From the IMG/VR virus record IMGVR_UViG_3300014204_000124, positions 32,001-96,000 of that record: a stretch of 64,000 bases of DNA. The stretch is one strand, 5' to 3'. Each line of letters opens with the position of its first letter. Within the stretch, counting starts at the first letter, position 1. The translations under genes and the position numbers were made by a program. The notes beneath the pieces were generated by a model. It was given only the letters and a program-made list of their open reading frames with translations, was not told where the DNA came from and searched no databases. Of the stretch, positions 8,995 to 18,413 are shown in pieces. Source of the stretch: a virus (taxonomy: Duplodnaviria; Caudoviricetes).

Positions 8995-9258
8995 ATGGAA
9001 AGACTTGAAGAAATCATGAAGTCATTTGCCGAGGAAGTGACGGCGGAGTTGAGGCACAAGGAGTTGCTGGAGGATGATGTCCAGACGGTAGAATTCCATT
9101 TCGAGTACGACAAGGCTGGGTTTAGAAAGCTGGTCGAGTGTCGAGTTCTCCTTGGGCACCGGGGGGAGAATGGCCTTTGTCAGGGTCTGAGAAGTGAGCG
9201 GTTCAAGGTGGAGGACTTTTGGGTTGAGGAGTCGACTGTACACTACGTTGGGGACTAA
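8995..9258 (+). CDS. Hypothetical protein, paralog of 9477
   Basis: EIMKSFAEEVT vs EIVETFARDVT. Confidence 0.6.
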   Translation: MERLEEIMKSFAEEVTAELRHKELLEDDVQTVEFHFEYDKAGFRKLVECRVLLGHRGENGLCQGLRSERFKVEDFWVEESTVHYVGD

Positions 9259-9259
9259 G

Positions 9260-9475
9260 ATGACTGTAAGCGAAGCATTGAAGAAGATTGTGGGGACGAC
9301 GGACTGGGCAAGGCCGGTGACGTGGAAGGGAAACGGGCGTGGTGTGATTGTAGAGCAGGGGCAGTTGTCTGAGGTGCCGTCTAGCAGGGGTGGGAGACAC
9401 TTCGTCCCGTCTTTCAGGGATCTTACCGTGAGGTGGGAAGTTGTGTCGGTTGAAGACATTTACGAGGGGAAGTGA
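9260..9475 (+). CDS. Hypothetical protein
   Basis: Packed ORF. Confidence 0.6.
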   Translation: MTVSEALKKIVGTTDWARPVTWKGNGRGVIVEQGQLSEVPSSRGGRHFVPSFRDLTVRWEVVSVEDIYEGK

Positions 9476-9476
9476 T

Positions 9477-9834
9477 ATGAGCACAAGAGAAATAGTCGAG
9501 ACCTTCGCCAGAGACGTTACTGTGAGAATGAGGACGAGGAGGGAATTACCACCGGACGGAGAAATTTCGTCGGTGACGTTGGAGTTCGACCACGTCGAAC
9601 CCCTAAACGTGTTCTATACGCCAAGACTGACTAGAGTGACGGCTTCTTTCCGTAGTGGTGACTGGCACCGGGGAGATTCTTGCTGCTTCGAGCGGGGGGT
9701 GTACCATCAAGCGAGACGATGATGGTTCGAAGCAGAAATTCTTGTGGTATTCAGTGGTCCCTATTGAGGACCACGGGGAGTTTGTGTGTGGGGAAGAAGG
9801 CGACGTAGTGCCGCCTGTCCGGGTTTCATATTGA
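9477..9834 (+). CDS. Hypothetical protein, paralog of 8995, with an apparent frameshift at G6 (9694-9699)
   Basis: Frame stops at 9722, but the +1 frame stays open to TGA 9832-9834, next to the following RBS. Confidence 0.45.
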
Positions 9835-9846
9835 AGGGGGAGAGAG

Positions 9847-10281
9847 ATGTCTGGGATGTTTGATAGGTACATAGCTCATGTGGAGGTGTTGAAGCGGATT
9901 CGTGCGCATGGTGGCGCTGAGTCGTCGGAAGAGGATGCTCTCCTGGAATCCATGGATGCCATTTGGTCAGTGTTATCGGAGCCAGAGCGGGCTTTGGTGA
10001 GATCTCGCAATGGGGCTGCGCCGGAAGTGGCGACGAGCACTGTTCCCGAGGTCCAGTTACACCTGTTGAAGTCTTCGAAAGAGTGTCCTGTGTGCGGAAT
10101 CATAATGTTTGTCTTTGCCATGGAGAGAGATGGGAAAAAGTTCATCATTCCTGGGTCGGAGCGATGCTTCAACGAGAAAGGCAAGGCCCCGAATGCGAAG
10201 ATCCCTGGACCTTGTGCGAAGGCGCATGAAAGACCCAGCGTGTACAGTTGGGAAATGTACACAGAGGAGATTTTAGAATGA
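9847..10281 (+). CDS. Hypothetical protein with CPVC motif
   Basis: Packed ORF with RBS. Confidence 0.6.
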   Translation: MSGMFDRYIAHVEVLKRIRAHGGAESSEEDALLESMDAIWSVLSEPERALVRSRNGAAPEVATSTVPEVQLHLLKSSKECPVCGIIMFVFAMERDGKKFIIPGSERCFNEKGKAPNAKIPGPCAKAHERPSVYSWEMYTEEILE

Positions 10282-10811
10282 GGATGACAACGATGTGCGA
10301 TACAGTGGCAAGGTTGGTGCGAGAGGCGCTGGGGGAACTCTGTGCCGATGGAAACGTGCGTGAAGAGGGTAGTCCGTTGTATCCGTTCTACACGAACCGT
10401 GTTGAAGGCGGGCAGGATATAGGTATTGCTCGGGTCAAGGATGACATCCCGGAAGAGGCATATGACTTTCCCGCAATCATGTTAGATGTGGTACTGGAAC
10501 TTCCCGGTTGGGCAAGAGACTTGTTTGAGGCATCGGATCTATTCACAGACGATCTGGTGATGGTCTACAACCGGCATATTCTGGAGAAGACGGGGGCTAT
10601 CGTTGTGCCGTCTCGCGATGGCGATGACTATGAGGTGACCTATGTAGGTGGGCGTTGTCCTGAATGTGGAGCCCGAACCATGCGGATGGTTTGCAAGTCT
10701 CCTGAGTGGGAATGGGGTGACGGGGTCCAGGGAAGGTTCGACTTGTGTTTGAACGAGAAGTGTGCGAAGCGGATCGCAGGCGATGGATATACCATGCCGT
10801 GTCGGCCATAG
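10278..10811 (+). CDS. Hypothetical protein with C-terminal Zn ribbon
   Basis: GAGGAG RBS; CPEC...CLNEKC. Confidence 0.6.
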   Translation: MRMTTMCDTVARLVREALGELCADGNVREEGSPLYPFYTNRVEGGQDIGIARVKDDIPEEAYDFPAIMLDVVLELPGWARDLFEASDLFTDDLVMVYNRHILEKTGAIVVPSRDGDDYEVTYVGGRCPECGARTMRMVCKSPEWEWGDGVQGRFDLCLNEKCAKRIAGDGYTMPCRP

Positions 10812-10819
10812 GAGGGAAC

Positions 10820-11365
10820 GTGGAGAAGAAGCAGATTGGTGAGTTGTGTCAGAAGATCCATGACAATGCGGTGGCTCACGGCTGGTGGGAAGGCGGAGTC
10901 AAGGGGCTGAACTTGGACGAGGTGCTGTTGCTCATTGTAGGTGAGGTCTCTGAGTTGCACGAGGCGTATCGGCGGAACAGGTTGGATGCACCGTGCGACA
11001 AGGATACCACTCCTAAGCTGAATTGTTTCCAGGAGGAGGCAGCGGACATTGTGATCCGATTGCTCGACCTAATGGGAGCTTACGAAGTGAACCCGGTCAC
11101 GGTGTCGTTGTGGCCGAAGCCGATGGGGGGGACGTTCGGAGCCCAGTTGTTCTTCTTGGTTCACGAGATTGCAGCGATGCGCCAGGAAGCGGATGATTAC
11201 GATGTAGACGACATTGGTGCTACGCTGTCTGCGTTCGGGGAAGAGATTCTTTCCCAGGTCTGGGTTTTGTGTGAGGCCAACGGTTATGACCTTTGGGAGT
11301 GTGTTGAGGTTAAGCACGCGTACAATGTTACCCGCCCGTATCGGCACGGGAATCTGAAAGCCTAG
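10820..11365 (+). CDS. MazG-like nucleotide pyrophosphohydrolase
   Basis: HGWW, GEVSELHEA, EEAADIVIR, K.AYN.TRPYRHG motifs. Confidence 0.8.
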   Translation: MEKKQIGELCQKIHDNAVAHGWWEGGVKGLNLDEVLLLIVGEVSELHEAYRRNRLDAPCDKDTTPKLNCFQEEAADIVIRLLDLMGAYEVNPVTVSLWPKPMGGTFGAQLFFLVHEIAAMRQEADDYDVDDIGATLSAFGEEILSQVWVLCEANGYDLWECVEVKHAYNVTRPYRHGNLKA

Positions 11366-11367
11366 TC

Positions 11368-11382
11368 CGAAATCGATTGCGC
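11368..11382. promoter_or_regulatory. LacI-type palindromic site
   Basis: CGAAATCGATTGCGC, 16 bp upstream of the -35 box. Confidence 0.55.
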
Positions 11383-11398
11383 CCTTCGAAATAAATTC

Positions 11399-11462
11399 TT
11401 GACATTATTCGCAGTCCGATTATGCTGTAAGGGTCCAGCAGAGGAACTGGGCATTTGACAGC
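11399..11462 (+). promoter_or_regulatory. Repeated promoter-hairpin-TGACAGC element, copy 2
   Basis: TTGACA-N16-TATGCTGTAAG; GTCCAG-CAGAGGAA-CTGGGC; TTGACAGC. Confidence 0.85.
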
Positions 11463-11477
11463 TAATGGGGGGACATC

Positions 11478-11702
11478 ATGAAATGGAGTTGTAGCGGTTC
11501 GGTTCGGGGGAGTTGCGGTATCACTCACGGGAGTTTTGCGGCGGCGTGGAAATGCTGCCAAAAGGATCACCGCTCGGTCACTAAGGGGCAGCGAGGTGGT
11601 TCGTTGACGCACAGCTATTCGGACCGTGCCCCATACCCTGTCGACGGGTGGGATGATGCGGCGGAGAGTGAGCAGGCCGATTTTCTTGCGACGAGGTGGT
11701 AA
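11478..11702 (+). CDS. Hypothetical early protein (GSVRGSCG..H motif)
   Basis: First ORF after the promoter. Confidence 0.6.
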   Translation: MKWSCSGSVRGSCGITHGSFAAAWKCCQKDHRSVTKGQRGGSLTHSYSDRAPYPVDGWDDAAESEQADFLATRW

Positions 11703-11703
11703 G

Positions 11704-12078
11704 ATGGAAGCAGTCAAGTTCGTGTATCTTGTCAACTACCGTCCGATATCGTCGTGCACGGTTCCGCAGAAGGACTGGTTGTATGAGGAGCGAGTAGAGT
11801 TGGGAGTGTGTCCAGAGGGCCGCAGGATAGCGAGGCACGGTACAGTGTCTTACAGCAGGCCGTTGACTGAGGATGAGATACGGAGTTATGAGTTGACGTT
11901 TTGGAGCGGGGACGGGAGCACGGATCGCGAGCGGGTCCGGGCGATGATGAAGAACGGCGTGTACGGGGAGAGTCAACACGTTGTGTATGTTCACTCGATG
12001 ATGGGTGAGCACTCGGTGAATTTTGCCTTTGACGATACGGGTCGGTTTGATTCGGTCCGTGCGAAGGAAGCCCGATGA
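11704..12078 (+). CDS. DarA C-terminal (defence against restriction) domain protein
   Basis: Y....RP....TVP...RHG.V.Y.RPLT.DEI.SYEL pattern. Confidence 0.7.
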   Translation: MEAVKFVYLVNYRPISSCTVPQKDWLYEERVELGVCPEGRRIARHGTVSYSRPLTEDEIRSYELTFWSGDGSTDRERVRAMMKNGVYGESQHVVYVHSMMGEHSVNFAFDDTGRFDSVRAKEAR

Positions 12079-12491
12079 AAAGGGAAGACATTTACTGGAC
12101 CGTGATCCGGGTGACATACGGTGACGGGTCTGTTGTCGAGAACAACGAGACCAACATCGCCTTGATCAATGCTTACACTGGCGAGGGACGAGGCGGAGAA
12201 GTCAAGCGAGAGTACATAGAGCGGGTGGACCCGGATGGGGCGTGTGGAACGAGCCGATGGAAAGGGGTAGGGACGCCTGTAGAGCGTCTTGAAGTGATTG
12301 CCAGGGATATCCGGCAGCGGATTGAAGACAGCACGAGCCCTGTGAGTCTAGACTTTGTGCTGGGGAGACTGTTGGAAGTCGTAACCCCCTTGGTTGACCC
12401 TTCTGTGATGATGATTGGAACCCACAGTGTGAAGTACAAGGATTCTCTACTGTGCGAGGTAGTGGCGTACATGAATTGGAGGGGGATATGA
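12075..12491 (+). CDS. Hypothetical protein
   Basis: ATGA overlap, RBS. Confidence 0.6.
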   Translation: MKREDIYWTVIRVTYGDGSVVENNETNIALINAYTGEGRGGEVKREYIERVDPDGACGTSRWKGVGTPVERLEVIARDIRQRIEDSTSPVSLDFVLGRLLEVVTPLVDPSVMMIGTHSVKYKDSLLCEVVAYMNWRGI

Positions 12492-12778
12492 CAAGGCAAG
12501 AACTGGTAGCGTGGATTGACAAGGCGAAGCCGGAGCGGCTTGGCGTGCCTCATTTTCACGAGGCCAGCTACCCTGGGGATTTCGACCGTGTCGAGGTTGA
12601 ATACGCCGGAGCGAGTTTGCCGGTGCCGAGAGGGAGCCTTTGGCTTTGCGTTTTCAACCACGAAAAGCGTGGGGCCAGCCCAGAGCAAAAGGCCGATAGA
12701 AAGACGCGGATGATCCGAACGCGCGAGCGTTTTGCCCGGTGGGTTTCCGCTTTGAAGTTTGAGATGGGAATGAGATGA
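12488..12778 (+). CDS. Hypothetical protein
   Basis: ATGA overlap. Confidence 0.6.
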   Translation: MTRQELVAWIDKAKPERLGVPHFHEASYPGDFDRVEVEYAGASLPVPRGSLWLCVFNHEKRGASPEQKADRKTRMIRTRERFARWVSALKFEMGMR

Positions 12779-13038
12779 AGCTGAAGCCGAACGCAGGGGC
12801 GAAGATCCGGCAGTTGCGAAAGGACGTGCAAAAGGCTGCGGATGCGTGGCATTTCGCCCTTCGATGCTGGAATGAGGAGGTCTACTTGCATCGGAAGGCA
12901 TTGCGGCGGGGCGTGAAGTTGGAAGACGAGGCAACCGAGCTTCGAGAGAAGCTGACTGCGGCGGTAGCGGAGTTAGGCAAGTTGGGAGTCAACCGGGACG
13001 AACTGTTGCATGTGTCAACGCACGAGGGAGAGAAATGA
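12775..13038 (+). CDS. Hypothetical coiled-coil protein
   Basis: ATGA overlap. Confidence 0.6.
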   Translation: MKLKPNAGAKIRQLRKDVQKAADAWHFALRCWNEEVYLHRKALRRGVKLEDEATELREKLTAAVAELGKLGVNRDELLHVSTHEGEK

Positions 13039-13445
13039 GATGGATTCGGAATAGGTTGAAGAAGCTGTGGCGTTGGATTTGTAGACCGTACAGGCGTTGG
13101 AGAACGCGACGGTTTTATGCTCAGGCGGTAAAGAGAGGAGCCGAACAGATCCGTAAAATGGAGGACGAGCGAATACTTGGAGAGTTGATGGAAGCGGCCA
13201 GAATGGACTTCGCTGTGGAGAACGGGCTTTTGGCGGAGTTGAAGCTTGCGGCAAATAGGCGGGAGGAAGTAGGTGTTTTGGAGCCTGAGTTTAACATAGA
13301 TCCGGTGACGCGCCCGATGTATCGCGAGCCGGGGGACTCTGGTCCACCTCTTCGGTTGGAAGCGGACCCTTTCGACCCAAAGGGATTTTATGTGGCCTCT
13401 CCTACTAAGAGGAAGATTAGATTCAAGTGGACTCCAGATGAGTAG
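13035..13445 (+). CDS. Hypothetical protein
   Basis: ATGA overlap, RBS. Confidence 0.6.
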   Translation: MRWIRNRLKKLWRWICRPYRRWRTRRFYAQAVKRGAEQIRKMEDERILGELMEAARMDFAVENGLLAELKLAANRREEVGVLEPEFNIDPVTRPMYREPGDSGPPLRLEADPFDPKGFYVASPTKRKIRFKWTPDE

Positions 13446-13574
13446 ACCGAGGAAGAAATATGACTAGGCGAATCTGGCCAGAGGAGACGTTCAGCGGTCC
13501 GGACGAATATCGGATTGGTTCGATACGTTGATGCGACGGATGCTTCTGTCGTTACGGATACCGAAGGAGATGAT

Positions 13575-14054
13575 ATGACTGAAAAACGGCAAGACAGTTG
13601 GCTGCGTTGGCTGCAATGGATTGAGTCAGCTTCGGTTGTGTGCCCGAGGTGCGGCGGGAGCGGTCACGATCCGTCTCTGGAGCCTGCTCCTGGTCCGGTT
13701 GCATTGACGAGCGAAGAGCGATGCCATAGGTGCCGGGGAAGTGGGCAGCTTGGAGACGTGGTACTTTTGAAGGCTGCCGCCGTCGAGGTCCGGCGACTGC
13801 GTGCTGAGAATGAACGGTTGAAGGCATTGGTGCTTGTCTGGAATACCGGGACGCCTGATGATGACAGGGAAGTGTTGGTGGCTCGTTCTGGCGAGAGTGG
13901 AGAATGGGTGGAGTTTGCTAGTTTCAGGAGAGACTACGGCGATCCCTACATGGGGATTGAAGGCCTTTGGTGGGCCGAAGAGGTTGGGCAGATCGACGAT
14001 GTGAAGTTCTGGGCAGAGGTTCCGAAGTTCCCGGAGGTTGTTGATGAAGGGTAA
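13575..14054 (+). CDS. Protein with DnaJ-type Zn finger and DUF551-like C-terminus
   Basis: CPRCGGSG...CHRCRGSG; W..GTP...EVLV...V.FWAE.P. Confidence 0.6.
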   Translation: MTEKRQDSWLRWLQWIESASVVCPRCGGSGHDPSLEPAPGPVALTSEERCHRCRGSGQLGDVVLLKAAAVEVRRLRAENERLKALVLVWNTGTPDDDREVLVARSGESGEWVEFASFRRDYGDPYMGIEGLWWAEEVGQIDDVKFWAEVPKFPEVVDEG

Positions 14055-14346
14055 GAATCAGGAGAGCAAGGTGCAGCGGAAGCGTCGTTTGCACCGGGAA
14101 TTGGTACTCAAGCGTGCCCGTGAGGATTTGGGGCGTATGCAGGTGTGTACCGGCGGGATTGGCTACGGGAAGACAGCGGCGATGAAGCTGGCGGGTATGA
14201 TGGACGGCGTAGGTGGTGGGATCTCTGCCACGTTGCTTGGCTCGTACCATGTCATGGCAATCTACGATGATTCTGATTTCAGTTACTCGGAGACCGTAAT
14301 GTCGGTCAGCGAGGTTGGCAAACGATTGTTGAAGGAGTGGAAATGA
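14044..14346 (+). CDS. Hypothetical protein
   Basis: GGAGG RBS. Confidence 0.5.
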   Translation: MKGKNQESKVQRKRRLHRELVLKRAREDLGRMQVCTGGIGYGKTAAMKLAGMMDGVGGGISATLLGSYHVMAIYDDSDFSYSETVMSVSEVGKRLLKEWK

Positions 14347-14594
14347 GTCTGTTTAAGTGCCCCAAGTGCGGTAGCAGTGCGCTGGTCGAACTTTCGACGA
14401 GCCACAAGACTTTTGAGCGGAAGATTTTTTGCAGGAATTGCAGTTGGAGGTCGCCTTCGATACCGGAGGCGATGGAGTATATCGATTCGTTAGAACGAAT
14501 CATCAAGGAACGTACGGCGGCACTGTTTTTTATGGGAGGAGTCTATGTCATGTCGCTTCTGGGTGTCGTCCTTTATGGGATGTTGTGTGGATGA
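14343..14594 (+). CDS. Zn-ribbon protein with C-terminal TM helix
   Basis: CPKC...CRNC; hydrophobic tail. Confidence 0.6.
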   Translation: MSLFKCPKCGSSALVELSTSHKTFERKIFCRNCSWRSPSIPEAMEYIDSLERIIKERTAALFFMGGVYVMSLLGVVLYGMLCG

Positions 14595-14628
14595 GTAGCT
14601 GAAAAGATATAGGGATTGGAGGCTGAAA

Positions 14629-15489
14629 ATGAAGAAGATGGCAGTGGTGTGCATGGGTCATGGTGGCGGTGTGATGATGGACCCGAAGAACGGTAATACG
14701 AATTTCGCATTGGTGCCAGACCCTCAGTACGATTCGGCGCAGAGGCTTTTGAAGAGCCAGCCGTTCGTTTTGATTGACTGTGGTTACGAGACGTTTCGAC
14801 AGTTGGTGGAGTGGGATGCGATTAAGAATCTTATGGGGATCGTTGTGACGCACTGTCACGCCGACCATACCGGTGGACTTGCGGCATTGGGTTGGCGGCT
14901 CCTGTTCGTCGACCGGAAGCAGATCCCATTGGTGTATTCGGAAGAGGCAGAGCAGATGCTCAAGGGGCAGTTGGCGGAGTTGGGCTGTTTGAATTCCGTA
15001 TTGGTCGAGTCTTTGTTTCCTTTCCCCTTCAAGATGTGCCCGGTTGATTCCTGTGAACAGCACTTTGCGTCTATTTACTCCGTGGGTGAGGCCGGTAACG
15101 TAGAGAATGCGCTGACGTTTTCTTTGTTCCAGGTGAACCATGGGATTCCGACGTTGCCGAGCTGCGGTGTAGGTGTGTGGTCCGGGGACCAGCGGATGGC
15201 TGTGTTCTCTGGCGATACGGCGGAGCCGGTGGTTGGGGACGTGCCGATTGTGTTCCACGATGCGCAGTACGCCGATAGGCCAGCGAACAATTCACATGTC
15301 CACTGCCCGATCAACTATTTGGTTGAGGTCTACGTGGGAGAGTACGGGGAAGATTCGCTGAATCGGTTGGTGGTCTGCCACATTGCAGACACGGCGGCGA
15401 TGGTTCCGTACGAGCGTCGAGGCGTGCGACATGCGGCGAAGGGCAGCGTGTTCGTTATCGATATGGAACAGGAGACAGACCATGAATAG
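14629..15489 (+). CDS. Metallo-beta-lactamase-fold hydrolase (RNase Z/phosphodiesterase-like)
   Basis: LIDCG, THCHADH, VNHG, FSGDT, HD, HVH motifs. Confidence 0.85.
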   Translation: MKKMAVVCMGHGGGVMMDPKNGNTNFALVPDPQYDSAQRLLKSQPFVLIDCGYETFRQLVEWDAIKNLMGIVVTHCHADHTGGLAALGWRLLFVDRKQIPLVYSEEAEQMLKGQLAELGCLNSVLVESLFPFPFKMCPVDSCEQHFASIYSVGEAGNVENALTFSLFQVNHGIPTLPSCGVGVWSGDQRMAVFSGDTAEPVVGDVPIVFHDAQYADRPANNSHVHCPINYLVEVYVGEYGEDSLNRLVVCHIADTAAMVPYERRGVRHAAKGSVFVIDMEQETDHE

Positions 15490-16261
15490 GAACAGCGTAG
15501 CGTTTGTCGAGTTTATCCGAGAACTTGTTGCCTCATTAGATGGTGACATTCGTGTCAAGACTGTAGTGGAAAATTCGTGCATTTATTTGGCAGAGCTAGA
15601 CGATCCGAGGACCAGCGAAAATCGTCTAAAGCTGGCCAAAAGTTATCTTGAAGAAGCCAAAAGTTATCTTGAAGAACTGGTCCACTCGATCCGGGACATG
15701 ACGGGCGATACGGTTGTTGGTGTGGACACGGCAGAGCCGGGGAGCGAAGGGACAGCCGTCTGGCAGTACAAGCCAATGACGAGCGAAGAAGTAATACGCC
15801 GGTTGATGGACATGCCGGACCCTCGTGATCCGAATGGTGTGTCGTGGCTGGCTCACGGGGAGATGCCTGAGATTAAGCGTAATGACAGCCATACGATAAG
15901 TGAGGTTGGGAATGCCCTGTTGGGGAAGTCGTTGGTGACACCTCTGGAGGCCCCGGTCCCGAATGGAGGCCGACCTATTTGGGAGATGGTCGTTGAAGAC
16001 ATGAAGGCCAGAGTCATAGGTGATATGAGAGAGCGAGACAAGTTCGGCCGGGACAAGTACGGGGTGCCGCTTCAGGCATTCAATGGCCGCCCAACTATTA
16101 TAGATCTGTATCAAGAGGCGCTTGATATAACGGTCTATATTAGAGCGGAGATTGAGGAGCGGGCTATCCTTGAACGGGAACTGAAAGATGCCAAAGAAGA
16201 AATCGCTCTGTTGAAGTCCCGCATTGCCGAGTTGTCGCCCCTGTCCGGGGAAACCCTCTAA
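15482..16261 (+). CDS. Phage protein with all-alpha NTP-pyrophosphatase-like C-terminal domain
   Basis: R...G..KYG..L...D.YQE.LD..VY; 21-bp tandem duplication at 15635-15676. Confidence 0.5.
   Translation: MNRNSVAFVEFIRELVASLDGDIRVKTVVENSCIYLAELDDPRTSENRLKLAKSYLEEAKSYLEELVHSIRDMTGDTVVGVDTAEPGSEGTAVWQYKPMTSEEVIRRLMDMPDPRDPNGVSWLAHGEMPEIKRNDSHTISEVGNALLGKSLVTPLEAPVPNGGRPIWEMVVEDMKARVIGDMRERDKFGRDKYGVPLQAFNGRPTIIDLYQEALDITVYIRAEIEERAILERELKDAKEEIALLKSRIAELSPLSGETL
15635..15676 (+). repeat. Perfect 21-bp tandem duplication (AKSYLEE x2)
   Basis: GCCAAAAGTTATCTTGAAGAA twice. Confidence 0.9.
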
Positions 16262-16271
16262 AACATTCTGC

Positions 16272-16335
16272 TTGACTTCCGGCCCGCTTCGATTATGCTG
16301 TAAGAGTGGCAAGCGAGGGTGCTTGCCGTGACAGC
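16272..16335 (+). promoter_or_regulatory. Repeated promoter-hairpin-TGACAGC element, copy 3
   Basis: TTGACT-N16-TATGCTGTAAG; GGCAAGC-GAGGGT-GCTTGCC; TGACAGC. Confidence 0.85.
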
Positions 16336-16352
16336 AACTGAGGGGGTGTATC

Positions 16353-16625
16353 ATGCGGATTGACACAACGAAATTCGGGGACTTGACGGGGTGCATGGAA
16401 GGGATGCTTCGCAGGATCACGAACGGGGAACATCGTGAGACAGCCTTGAGCCAGGAGGCGATGAGTCTTGAGGCAGAAATGAACGCGAATAACAAGGACA
16501 AGCCAGACTGCCTTGTCTCGTTCGAGGAGTGCAGACAAGCGATTGCCCAGTGGTGGGAAGTCGAGGAAGACGAGCGGTCCGATTCTGAGGCGTCTCGGAT
16601 GATGGATGAAGAAACCCAGTTTTAG
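16353..16625 (+). CDS. Hypothetical early protein
   Basis: First ORF after the promoter. Confidence 0.65.
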   Translation: MRIDTTKFGDLTGCMEGMLRRITNGEHRETALSQEAMSLEAEMNANNKDKPDCLVSFEECRQAIAQWWEVEEDERSDSEASRMMDEETQF

Positions 16626-16636
16626 CGGGGTGTTTC

Positions 16637-16837
16637 ATGGAACGGTTGGAACTGTATCGATTCGAGGTCCGGTTGGCTCAGTTGGAACGTGCCGAACTGG
16701 GTGTGATCGCGATTGACCGTAACAAGACTTCCGAAGAGATCGTCTCTGTGGACGATATTGTGAAGGAAGCGATTCGCTTTTACCTCGCTGCGCGACCCAG
16801 GAACGGTATGGGGTGCCTGATTCGGAAGAAGCCATGA
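16637..16837 (+). CDS. Ribbon-helix-helix-like DNA-binding protein
   Basis: Strand RFEVRL followed by helix-turn-helix SVDDIVKEAIRFYL. Confidence 0.5.
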   Translation: MERLELYRFEVRLAQLERAELGVIAIDRNKTSEEIVSVDDIVKEAIRFYLAARPRNGMGCLIRKKP

Positions 16838-17058
16838 AAAAGAAGCTGCAATACATGATCGACTTGGACGGGCCCTTTTCTGGAGGGCGATGCTTTGCTC
16901 CGGTTCCGGATGCGAAGCGGTTCGAATCCAGGCTTGTCAAGGGTCGGCTTATCCGGTCTCGGTTGGGCTACACTCCGAAGGAGTTCTGCGCTGTGTGCGC
17001 GGGCAAAGGCAAACCGTGTCCGATGGAAACGATCGTAGAAGCGGAGTGGTTGAAGTGA
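16834..17058 (+). CDS. Hypothetical Cys-containing protein
   Basis: ATGA overlap. Confidence 0.55.
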   Translation: MKKKLQYMIDLDGPFSGGRCFAPVPDAKRFESRLVKGRLIRSRLGYTPKEFCAVCAGKGKPCPMETIVEAEWLK

Positions 17059-17246
17059 GCGTATACGAACAAGTTTTGAAACAGCAAGGTCCGGCTCCAA
17101 AGGGCAGACCGTGGTTCGCGTGGTGTTACGGAGCGCCGGTGACTTGGCATTCGAGTCAAGAGTTGGCCAGGAAGGCTGGGAATCGTCGTGCCAGACGCTT
17201 GAGCCGTGACAATCCTCCCACCGTTTTCGTGATGGGGCCGAAATGA
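17055..17246 (+). CDS. Hypothetical protein
   Basis: GTGA overlap. Confidence 0.5.
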   Translation: MSVYEQVLKQQGPAPKGRPWFAWCYGAPVTWHSSQELARKAGNRRARRLSRDNPPTVFVMGPK

Positions 17247-17461
17247 AAGGGTACATCATCCGGCGGAGCAACGACGGGGCCTGTTTTGTGGGGGCCGGTT
17301 GGCGCTGGTCTCCCAAAGCCCCCAGGGTGTTTTCTTTCGCTACCGATCTACCAGACAAGGTAGAGTCCGAGGGTGAGAAGTGGTATCGCTCCGAAAACAA
17401 GGGGCTTCGCTACCGGGATAACAGGGGCGTTGCCAGGGCGCTAATTCAACGAGTGGGGTGA
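17243..17461 (+). CDS. Hypothetical protein
   Basis: ATGA overlap. Confidence 0.55.
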   Translation: MKGYIIRRSNDGACFVGAGWRWSPKAPRVFSFATDLPDKVESEGEKWYRSENKGLRYRDNRGVARALIQRVG

Positions 17462-17464
17462 ATC

Positions 17465-17737
17465 ATGACTACAGCGGAGAGAATCGGAGCGCACTTGAAA
17501 CGGTTGGATGCGGACGAGTTCGATGCGATGCAAAAATACTTGGCAGCGTTGGGAGACCTGGAGTCGATCTGTGCTGCTGGCCTGGACGCCGGTTATGAGG
17601 AAGTGAGGTTCGCTTGTCGAAAGGCTACGGACCTTGGGCTTCAACTTGAACAAGCCAGTAGAATCGGTGAAGCGGTTCGGTGCGCCTACGTCGAGACCGG
17701 GCATTTGGACGCTCTGACCGGGAAGGTCATACAATGA
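17465..17737 (+). CDS. Hypothetical protein
   Basis: Packed ORF. Confidence 0.6.
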   Translation: MTTAERIGAHLKRLDADEFDAMQKYLAALGDLESICAAGLDAGYEEVRFACRKATDLGLQLEQASRIGEAVRCAYVETGHLDALTGKVIQ

Positions 17738-18117
17738 GGTTCGGCATATACGAATCGGCGGTGCTTGGGCATATCCGCATGATCATGGTTGTGGAGGCTG
17801 ATACGGCGAGAGAGGCGTTCATCCGGTTCGGGTCGTTTCGTCGTGGGAATGGTCCCACAAATGCGCAGTGGGTCCACTGGAAGTTTTTAGGTAAACCGTG
17901 TTGTAGTATCTTCGCAGCGCCAGAACAAGCGGGGTGGGGAATAGGTCATATCCAACAATGGAATGAAAAGCCTCTATATGAGGGCGGCTGCGGAATCTGG
18001 TTCCAACGGGACGGTGGCTACCCTCCAGCTTTCGAGCCGATGCACTGGCACGAGTTGGAGCGAGAGGTAACACTGTTGGTTGCCCCAGTTCAAGCGAGAG
18101 AGGAGAGTGGGAAATGA
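17734..18117 (+). CDS. Hypothetical protein
   Basis: ATGA overlap. Confidence 0.55.
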   Translation: MRFGIYESAVLGHIRMIMVVEADTAREAFIRFGSFRRGNGPTNAQWVHWKFLGKPCCSIFAAPEQAGWGIGHIQQWNEKPLYEGGCGIWFQRDGGYPPAFEPMHWHELEREVTLLVAPVQAREESGK

Positions 18118-18392
18118 ACGGTGAATTTGACGATATGGGTTATGAGTCTGACGATGATGGCGTCAAACTGAATCGTTGGGATCTGGCAGCGTTTCGTCGG
18201 CATGTTCGGGGACTGAACAAGGTGTTGGCGGATATCCGGGGATACTGTCCAGAAGCCAACTTCTATCTCGCATGTGATTCTTTGCACGTAATGTCAGGAC
18301 AGTCGCATGTTGGCCATACTGGAGAGAAGGCTTGCCAGAAGAACAGCATTGTCAGCGAGAGTCTTTTCCATTCTGGTGGTGGAGATTGGTAG
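18114..18392 (+). CDS. Conserved phage hypothetical protein ending in GGDW
   Basis: GAGGAG RBS; ..PEANFYL...GGGDW pattern. Confidence 0.65.
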   Translation: MNGEFDDMGYESDDDGVKLNRWDLAAFRRHVRGLNKVLADIRGYCPEANFYLACDSLHVMSGQSHVGHTGEKACQKNSIVSESLFHSGGGDW

Positions 18393-18413
18393 CGACGTTT
18401 GTGAGGTAAAGCA

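Noticed and set aside
14150-14180. GGIGYGKT as a functional Walker A
   Set aside because: The 100-aa ORF is too short for a convincing P-loop NTPase fold; at most it is a fragment.
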